A stretch of 64,000 nt of DNA from contig VFJJ01000036.1 of assembly GCA_009886115.1 (NCBI GenBank), positions 10,800 to 74,799 on the forward strand, given 5' to 3'. Shown in pieces: positions 55,351 through 61,996 of the stretch. The notes under the pieces were generated by a model, which saw only the letters and a list, made by a program, of their open reading frames with translations, did not search any database and was not told where the DNA came from. Within the stretch, counting starts at the first letter, position 1; each line of letters starts with the position of its first letter. This DNA is from Actinomycetota bacterium. GTDB lineage: Bacteria; Actinomycetota; Acidimicrobiia; IMCC26256; VFJJ01. The translations under genes and the position numbers were made by a program.

Positions 55351-57282
55351 CTACTCGGGGGGCTCGGCCACGCCGAGGCACTCGCGGGCCAACGCCGGGT
55401 TCTGGTTGTTCAGGAGGTCGCACGCCGCGAACGGGTGCATCAGCCAGACCCCGTCGACCTGCACCACGTACGACGTGAGGGCCACGTTCAACACGGTGCC
55501 GTTGAGCTCGGGCTTGAACTTGAGGTCGGCCGTGGTCTTGGAGGTGTAGATGATCTCGACCTCGGCCGGGAAGGCCACCGGCGGCGCGAACACCTGGGCG
55601 AGCAGCTCGCGCACCGACTCGCCGTTGGCGATGACAGCGAGGCGCTCGTCGATCGTCTCGGCCCGGAAGTACCCGAGCAGCACGGCGTTGATCTCTGCAC
55701 CCGCCGCTTCGATGTCGTCGGGCTGCTCGGCCGTACCACCATCGCCGGCCTCGACCTCGGCGGTGCCCTCGACACCCTCGGTCGAGAGCCCGAGGTCCTC
55801 GTCGCCGTAGCTCTCGAAGGTGAACACCTCAGGGTCGGGATCGACCAGGTCGAAGCAGGTCCACGGCTTGGTCGGATCCTCGGCGATCGGCACGAACGTC
55901 TTGCTCGCTCCGTCAACCTCGAGATACGCGGCGCAGTTGGTCGAGGGACCGGTGCCGTGGTCGTTGGCGAAGTCGACGCCCGGGACGATGCCACCCGCGC
56001 TGTAGGGGCCGAAGTTGTTGAGCGCGTCGATCACAGATTGCCGGTCGAACACGCCGCCGTTGCCAGCTGCAGCAGCCCGGATACCGGTCACCAACATGTC
56101 GGCGTTGATCCAGCCGGCCAGGGTGTACTCGCTGATCGGGAGGTCGTTGGCCGCCATCGAGTTCTGGTACGCGAGCCCACCGGGAGGCTGGGGAACCTCG
56201 AAGGGCCGCAGCTCGGTACCCGTCCACACCCGGTTCTTGATCTGGTCGCCGAACTCCTCGAGGGCCGCCTGGTCGTAGCCGTTGGGCCAGTACATCTGGG
56301 TGTCGAGCCCCGCGTTCTGCAGGGCCTCGAGGATGCGGACGTTGCCCCCCAGGTCCATGCAGGTGAGCAGGAGATCGACGCCATTCTCACGAACGGCGTC
56401 GATCGTCGGCCCGAGGTCTTCCGGCGTGAACCCGAAGTTGAGGCTGTTGTCTTGGAGCCCGACGGTGATGTCGGACTCGAAGTGGCCGAACGACAGACCC
56501 TGGGTCTCGCCGCACGCCTTCGACTGCGGCGACGAGCCGTACGACAGCGTGCCGACGACCGTCGCCCCCATCTGCTCGGCGATCCAGACCCAGTCCTCGG
56601 CCGGGCACCCCGGGTTGTCGTCGTCGTTGAGCCCGGCGAAGCAGATGTACGACCCGTTCTGGGCGAACAGGTTCTCGCCCAGCGTCCACTCGACCTGGAT
56701 GTTCCAACCGAAGGTGGGGATGCCGTTCTCGACGAGGTACTCGGCACTGCCGAAGTTCTGCGTCATCACCGGGAGGATCGCGAAGACGTCGTCCTCCTCG
56801 ACGAGCTGGCGGGCCGCGAGGATGTTGCGCGATGTCGACGACTGGTCGTCGATGCCGTCGACGTAGGTGATCTGACGCCCGCACACGCCCCCGGCGTCGT
56901 TGACGCCCTTGATGTAGGCGAGGACGGCATCGATCGAGTCGCCGTAGGGATTGCTGGTGGGGTTGGTCGCGCCCACGATCCCGCCAATGCGAACCTCGGT
57001 GTCGGAGACACCCGGGACGCCCTCGATCGCCACGTTCTCGCACGAGTCGCCCGATGGGATACCGGAGCTGAGCACCGTCCCCGGACCGGTCTCGATCGGC
57101 ACCGTCGTCTCGGACACCGCGCTGCTCGGCGTCGTGTCGGCGGTGGATGCCACCGTCGTCTCCCCACTGGGCGCAGCGGTCGTGTCGCCTCCCGTTGCCC
57201 CGGTGTCATCGTCGTCACCACACGCGGCAACGACCAGCATCAGGCTCACGACGAGCCCACCCCACCTGATCTTCCGAGCCAT
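55351..57282 (-). CDS. Liv-type ABC substrate-binding lipoprotein with C-terminal extension
   Basis: ORF 55351..57282(-), with AGGGGGA RBS. It has lipobox LVVAAC followed by GDDDD and a Thr/Ser-rich linker. A Peripla_BP_6-like core is followed by an acidic linker and about 110 extra residues. Confidence 0.88.
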   Translation of the reverse strand: MARKIRWGGLVVSLMLVVAACGDDDDTGATGGDTTAAPSGETTVASTADTTPSSAVSETTVPIETGPGTVLSSGIPSGDSCENVAIEGVPGVSDTEVRIGGIVGATNPTSNPYGDSIDAVLAYIKGVNDAGGVCGRQITYVDGIDDQSSTSRNILAARQLVEEDDVFAILPVMTQNFGSAEYLVENGIPTFGWNIQVEWTLGENLFAQNGSYICFAGLNDDDNPGCPAEDWVWIAEQMGATVVGTLSYGSSPQSKACGETQGLSFGHFESDITVGLQDNSLNFGFTPEDLGPTIDAVRENGVDLLLTCMDLGGNVRILEALQNAGLDTQMYWPNGYDQAALEEFGDQIKNRVWTGTELRPFEVPQPPGGLAYQNSMAANDLPISEYTLAGWINADMLVTGIRAAAAGNGGVFDRQSVIDALNNFGPYSAGGIVPGVDFANDHGTGPSTNCAAYLEVDGASKTFVPIAEDPTKPWTCFDLVDPDPEVFTFESYGDEDLGLSTEGVEGTAEVEAGDGGTAEQPDDIEAAGAEINAVLLGYFRAETIDERLAVIANGESVRELLAQVFAPPVAFPAEVEIIYTSKTTADLKFKPELNGTVLNVALTSYVVQVDGVWLMHPFAACDLLNNQNPALARECLGVAEPPE

Positions 57283-57307
57283 GTTTCCCCCTGGTTCTCG
57301 GTGTCGA

Positions 57308-57328
57308 ACAAAGCTGACTGTAACGTCA
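57308..57328. promoter_or_regulatory. shared motif, site 3 (ACAAAGCTGACTGTAACGTCA)
   Basis: It lies 26-46 bp upstream of the binding-protein start (57282, minus strand). It matches the site at 16299-16319 at 18/21 positions. Confidence 0.45.
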
Positions 57329-57356
57329 GTCGGCGACCCGTGCTCGTCGCTCGTCG

Positions 57357-57790
57357 TCAGGCCAACGCCAGCATCTCCCGGGCCTGCCTCGGCGTGGCGA
57401 CTTCGCGGCCGAGCGCTCGCACCATGGCGGCCGCAGCCGCCACGACCTCGGCGTTGCCTGGCGGACGCCCGCCGGAGCCGCTCAGCTCGAGGTACGGCCA
57501 GTCGCCCAGGCCCAGCGCGACGTGCCCGCCGGCTTCCACCGCCGCGCCCAGCAGCGACAGTGCGTTCGAGCCGTAGGTGAGCACCGACCAGTGCACGGCG
57601 CGTCCCTCGGGGAGGAACTCGAGGATCGTCCGCATTCCCGCCGAGCTCGCCGGGCCGCTCCAGCGTCGCGACAGGCTTCGGCGTCGGCGGCCAGCTCCTC
57701 GGGGCTGAAGGGAACGCCCGGGTTGCGAGCGCGCCCGGTGTACTCGTTGGCCCGGACCTCGATGATGACAGGTACCCCTCGCGTGCGCAT
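57357..57790 (-). pseudogene. remnant of a BKACE (3-keto-5-aminohexanoate cleavage enzyme, DUF849) gene: internal deletion plus frameshift
   Basis: ORF 57482..57790(-) gives the BKACE N-terminus MRTRGVPVIIEVRANEYTGRARNPGVPFSPEELAADAEACRDAGAA, then junk. ORF 57357..57635(-), in another frame, gives the BKACE C-terminus ...GGHVALGLGD...GNAEVVAAAAAMVRALGREVATPRQAREMLAL. The span is 434 nt, not a multiple of 3, versus about 850 nt expected. Confidence 0.6.
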
Positions 57791-57830
57791 GGTCAGGCGT
57801 GGTCAGGCGAGGTCAGGCGAGGTCAGGCGA
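57791..57830. repeat. 10-bp tandem repeat (GGTCAGGCGW x4) forming the entire spacer between the SDR stop and the BKACE remnant start
   Basis: ggtcaggcgt ggtcaggcga ggtcaggcga ggtcaggcga read directly. The SDR stop (tca, 57823-57825) is in the fourth copy. Confidence 0.9.
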
Positions 57831-58668
57831 AGAGGAAGTAGCCGCCGTCGACCATCAGGGTCTGGCCCGTCATGTACCGGGTGGCGTCGCTCAGCAGGAA
57901 ATGGGCCACGGGGGCGATGTCGTGTTCGGGATGGCCGTCGCGACCCATGGGGTGCAAGGGATCGTCGATCACGAACGCCTCCCGGCGGAAGCGTTCCTCG
58001 GGGGGTCTGCGGTGCGCGGCCGATGACGGGCAGATGCAGTTGACCGTGATCCCGCTGCGACCCCACTCGCGTGCCGCCGTGCGGGTGAGCGCCCTGATCG
58101 CTTCCTTGGACGCGTTGTACGGGCCGTAGCCCGACGCGCCGGTGATGCCGTTCGACGAGCCGAAGTTCACGATGCGCCCCCACCCCTGGGCCGCCATGTG
58201 CGGGTAGACGGCTTGCATGGCCCACAACGTGCCCTTCACGCCGGAGTCGAACAGCACGTCGATGTCGTCCTCGGTCACCTCGGCCAAGGGCACCACGGGC
58301 CGGAAGGTCTGGGCGTTGTTGACGATGCCGTCGACCCCTCCATATCGCTCGACGGTTTGCGCCACCATGGCGTCGATGGAGTCCTTGTCCATGATGTTGC
58401 ACTCGACGCCGAGATGGTCGACGCCGAGCTCGGTCAGCTCGGCGGTCACGGTCTCCATGCGATTGAGCTTCCACTCGGCCAGCACGACGCGAGCGCCCGA
58501 GCGGCCGAGGTGATGCACGAGGCCCCGCCCGATGCCCCGTCCGGCACCGGTGACGATGATCACCTTCCCCGCCACGCTGTGCTGATCAGCCTCGGGTGGG
58601 GGGGTGACTCCGGGTCGAGGTTGCGGTTCAGGTGTGCTCGTCATGGCGGCCACGGTACGGTGCGGCAT
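57823..58668 (-). CDS. short-chain dehydrogenase/reductase (SDR)
   Basis: ORF 57823..58668(-). Motifs: TGAGRGIGRG, NNAQ and YNASKEA. The start is uncertain (ATG 58668, ATG 58644 or GTG 58575). Confidence 0.85.
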   Translation of the reverse strand: MPHRTVAAMTSTPEPQPRPGVTPPPEADQHSVAGKVIIVTGAGRGIGRGLVHHLGRSGARVVLAEWKLNRMETVTAELTELGVDHLGVECNIMDKDSIDAMVAQTVERYGGVDGIVNNAQTFRPVVPLAEVTEDDIDVLFDSGVKGTLWAMQAVYPHMAAQGWGRIVNFGSSNGITGASGYGPYNASKEAIRALTRTAAREWGRSGITVNCICPSSAAHRRPPEERFRREAFVIDDPLHPMGRDGHPEHDIAPVAHFLLSDATRYMTGQTLMVDGGYFLFA

Positions 58669-59377
58669 GCTGCTCGTGCACGAGGTCCACTCCGTCGATG
58701 GTCGCCGTGACGACGAATTCGACGCCGCCTTTCGCGATGTCTACATCGGAGCGCTCGGGTCCGACGACGACGCCCGGCTCCTGTATCACCTCCACCACGC
58801 CCACGGAGGCGGACGGTCGTACCGGGTCGTCACCATCACCGCGGTTCGTGACGCCGCCGCCTGGGGGCGCCTCACCGAGCGCATCCACCACGGCGACCTC
58901 CGGACCTGGGCCGAGGGGATCGACACGATGCGCCACGACGTCACGGCCAAGGTGTTGATACCGGTGCCGTGGTCGCCACTGCAGGATCTCGATCTGGGAT
59001 CGGTCCCCACGGTCGGGGTCGATCACGATCCGACCCTGTTCATGGAGGACACCGTCTGGCCCTACGAGGGTCGCCTCGAGGACTACGTCGAGAAGTCGGG
59101 TTCGATCTACGGCGCCTGGATGGCCTCCGAGGAGCACTCCAAGCGGGCCATGCTCCGCATCGAGGCCGCCTTCAGGACCGCCTTCGGAACGGGCAACCGT
59201 CGCGAGATCGTGTTGTGGCAACGGGTCACGAAGCCCGACGGCCTGCTGCGTCTGCTCAGCACCGAGCTCCCGGCCGAGTACAAGGTGAAGGGGAACTGGA
59301 TGGTCGACGGCCTCGACTACCGCGATCAGTGGGAGTCACGACTCCTGCGCACGACCCGCTGGTCGCCGCTGGCCTGA
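58667..59377 (+). CDS. hypothetical protein (possibly tandem NIPSNAP / dimeric alpha-beta-barrel-like repeats)
   Basis: ORF 58604..59377(+) trimmed to ATG 58667 (MLLVHEVHSVDGRRDDEFDAAFRDVY...). Composition is protein-like. The fold assignment is tentative. Confidence 0.65.
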   Translation: MLLVHEVHSVDGRRDDEFDAAFRDVYIGALGSDDDARLLYHLHHAHGGGRSYRVVTITAVRDAAAWGRLTERIHHGDLRTWAEGIDTMRHDVTAKVLIPVPWSPLQDLDLGSVPTVGVDHDPTLFMEDTVWPYEGRLEDYVEKSGSIYGAWMASEEHSKRAMLRIEAAFRTAFGTGNRREIVLWQRVTKPDGLLRLLSTELPAEYKVKGNWMVDGLDYRDQWESRLLRTTRWSPLA

Positions 59378-59509
59378 GGCTCCGCGAGCCCGGGTGAACC
59401 TCAGGGAAACGGGTCGACGGAGGTGCGCCGGGCGGCGACTGCTGCGCACAGAACGGGGATTCGGGCCCACGGGCTCGATGACACCCACGTCAGGTATCGT
59501 TGAGGCACC

Positions 59510-61435
59510 ATGTCGTCGGCGGAGAGCCGTACGAAGCTCTCGCCCGAGGAGGTCGTCACCGTGGCGCTGACACTCGATCCCACCACCGTCGCATCGTTCG
59601 CCGTCCAACCCGGAGCGTCGGGGGCGATCGACCAGATCACGGCCGAGGTGATCCGCTCGGCCATGGAGACCGTCTGCTTCGAGATGGCGACGTTCGTCTC
59701 GCGCACGGCCACCACGCCGATCCTCAACCAGAGCAACGAGCGCAACGCCACGGTGCACGACTGGCGGGGCCGCTTGGCCGCGCTCTCGGTGGGCATCCCG
59801 CAGTTCATGCTCTCGGCCACCCTGCCCATCGACTTCGCGATCGAGTTCCTCGGCGAGGAGCTGTACCCGGGCGACGTGCTCGTGGCCAACGACCCCTACC
59901 ACGGCGGTGGCCACCTCCCCGACTTCAACGTGTTCGCACCGGTGTTCCATCCCCGCGCCGACGGCACCGACGAGCTCGTGCTCATCGCGTCGATCCAGTG
60001 TCACCACGGTGACACCGGTGGGGCCATGGCCGGCGGGTACAACGTCTTCGCCAAGGACATCTGGTCGGAAGGCACGCGCTATCCGCTGCTCAAGATCTTC
60101 GAGCGGGGCAAGGAGCGGCGAGACGTCGTCTTGACGATGCGGGCCAACAACCGCATCGGCGGTTTCGTGGGCGACCTGCGGGCCCAGGTGGGCGCAGCGC
60201 AGCTCGGCGTCGAGCGTCTGGGCCAGGTGATCGAGCGGTACGGGCCCGAGACGGTCAAGGCCGCGTGCGATCACGTCATCGAAGACACCAAGCGCCGGTT
60301 CCGGTCGGAGATCGCGGCCTGGCCCGACGGCACGTACGAAGCCGACGCCTATGTCGACGCCGATCCGATGGGCAACACCGACATCCACGTCCATGTGGCG
60401 GTCACCGTCGAGGGCGAGCGGCTGATCGTCGACTTCGACGGCTCCGATACCCGTCCGCACATCCAGGCCTGGTCGACGTTCGGCAACACGCGGGGCCAGG
60501 TGGTGGCGCAGATCGCTTCGCTCGTCGACCCGAACATCGCCAAGAACCAGGGCTTCTTCGAGTGCATCGAGCTCGCGGTGCCTCTGGGCTGTTGCCTCAA
60601 CCCCGTCGAGGGCAAGCCCGTCTCGGCCGGCACCCACCATCCCGGTGTCGAGGTGTGCGACGCCATCGCGCTCGCCTTCGCCCAACTGATCCCCGAACGG
60701 GTGTGCCCGCAGTCGTACAAGTACGGCGCGCCCCGCCAGATGTGGGGCGACGTCGATCCGCGCACGGGCCGCCCGTTCTTCGACCACGGCGGCGAGGTGA
60801 ACGCCGGCTGGGTCAACGGGGTCAAGGGTGTCGACGGGTGGGGCGCGCTGGTGGCCAGCAACGGCAACCTCATCAAGGCCTCGGCCGAGATCAACGAGAC
60901 GATCTTCCCGCACTTCCTCCGGGGCCGGAACTACATCACCGACTCGGGCGGGGCCGGGCAGTGGCGCGGCGGTTGCGGTTCGCTGTTCATGAAGGAAGCC
61001 CGCACGCCCACCTACATCAGCCAGTACGTCGTGAACCAGTACCGCACCCATCCCGGCATCGCCGGCGGCGCCAACGGCGCTCCCGACACGTGCTACCTCA
61101 AGGTCGGGGGCCCGGCCGAGGCGGTCGTGCGCGTCGACCCGTCGGTCACCGGCGTGCTGCTCGAGACGGGGGAACGGCTCGTGTACCACTTCGGCGGCGG
61201 CGGCGGTTGGGGCGACGCGCTCCTTCGCGACCCGTCGGCCGTCCTCGAGGACGTGTGGGACGAGTACGTGTCGGTGGAAGGGGCCCGGCGCGACTACGGC
61301 GTGGTCGTCACGGGCACGGTGGCCGACATGGACCTCGCGCTCGACCTGCCGGCCACCGAGGTGATGAGGGCCGAGCTTCGTGCGGCCCGGCCCAGCGGCA
61401 CGTCCAGCGGCGGTTCCCTCTCCGGAGCCTCGTGA
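59510..61435 (+). CDS. hyuB: hydantoinase B / oxoprolinase family protein
   Basis: ORF 59510..61435(+). Motifs: DQITAEVIRSAMETVCFEM, NDPYHGGGHLPD and SGGAGQWRGG. Confidence 0.9.
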   Translation: MSSAESRTKLSPEEVVTVALTLDPTTVASFAVQPGASGAIDQITAEVIRSAMETVCFEMATFVSRTATTPILNQSNERNATVHDWRGRLAALSVGIPQFMLSATLPIDFAIEFLGEELYPGDVLVANDPYHGGGHLPDFNVFAPVFHPRADGTDELVLIASIQCHHGDTGGAMAGGYNVFAKDIWSEGTRYPLLKIFERGKERRDVVLTMRANNRIGGFVGDLRAQVGAAQLGVERLGQVIERYGPETVKAACDHVIEDTKRRFRSEIAAWPDGTYEADAYVDADPMGNTDIHVHVAVTVEGERLIVDFDGSDTRPHIQAWSTFGNTRGQVVAQIASLVDPNIAKNQGFFECIELAVPLGCCLNPVEGKPVSAGTHHPGVEVCDAIALAFAQLIPERVCPQSYKYGAPRQMWGDVDPRTGRPFFDHGGEVNAGWVNGVKGVDGWGALVASNGNLIKASAEINETIFPHFLRGRNYITDSGGAGQWRGGCGSLFMKEARTPTYISQYVVNQYRTHPGIAGGANGAPDTCYLKVGGPAEAVVRVDPSVTGVLLETGERLVYHFGGGGGWGDALLRDPSAVLEDVWDEYVSVEGARRDYGVVVTGTVADMDLALDLPATEVMRAELRAARPSGTSSGGSLSGAS

Positions 61436-61932
61436 GCCCTGTCACGGGTACCGGAGCCTCGTGGTGGTCGGCATCCGAGCGTCCCCGCGACCGATCGGGC
61501 GAGTGCGATCCGGCCCGTCGGGTGGGAGCCCGCGGCGTCGATTTCATCCCCCTTTTCGCCATCTACGTCGCGACGGCCGCGGCCACGGGCCACGGCGCGC
61601 TGAAGGGCTGGGAACGGCTCCCGGTGATCGCCGGCCCGGCGATCTACGAAATCGTCCTGGTTGCATTGCGCGGTCAGACGATCGGGAAGATGGCGGTGCA
61701 CGCCAGGATCGTGGCCGCCGACGGGAGCCCGGTCACCTGGGGCCAGTCCGCGGTCCGGTGGGTCGCCCAGTCGGGACCGGGAACCCTGGCCATCGCCGTC
61801 ACCGCGCTGGCTGCGCCCAGCCTGATCTGGTTCTTCGTGACCCTGGTCATGATCTTCTTCCACGGGCTCGGACCGCACGACTACCTCGCCCGCACGAAGG
61901 TCGTCCTCGACGCCGGGGTCAACCGGTCCTAG
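61432..61932 (+). CDS. RDD-family membrane protein
   Basis: C-terminal part of ORF 60265..61932(+). GTG 61432 overlaps the hyuB stop (GTGA); GTG 61522 is the alternative. It has the RDD pattern RRVGARGVDFIPL...LRGQTIGKMAVHARIV...HDYLARTKVV and 3 hydrophobic helices. Confidence 0.75.
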   Translation: MSPVTGTGASWWSASERPRDRSGECDPARRVGARGVDFIPLFAIYVATAAATGHGALKGWERLPVIAGPAIYEIVLVALRGQTIGKMAVHARIVAADGSPVTWGQSAVRWVAQSGPGTLAIAVTALAAPSLIWFFVTLVMIFFHGLGPHDYLARTKVVLDAGVNRS

Positions 61933-61996
61933 TCCGGGAGCCGTCGCCTCCACCCACCAGGAGCACAGCGCCTCCGCCCTCAACAGGAGCACACCG

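Noticed and set aside
57357-57790. Two independent small genes (92 aa and 102 aa), as the ORF track suggests.
   Set aside because: The two ORFs overlap in different frames. Read together they are the N- and C-terminal ends of one BKACE-family protein, so a deletion/frameshift pseudogene explains them better.
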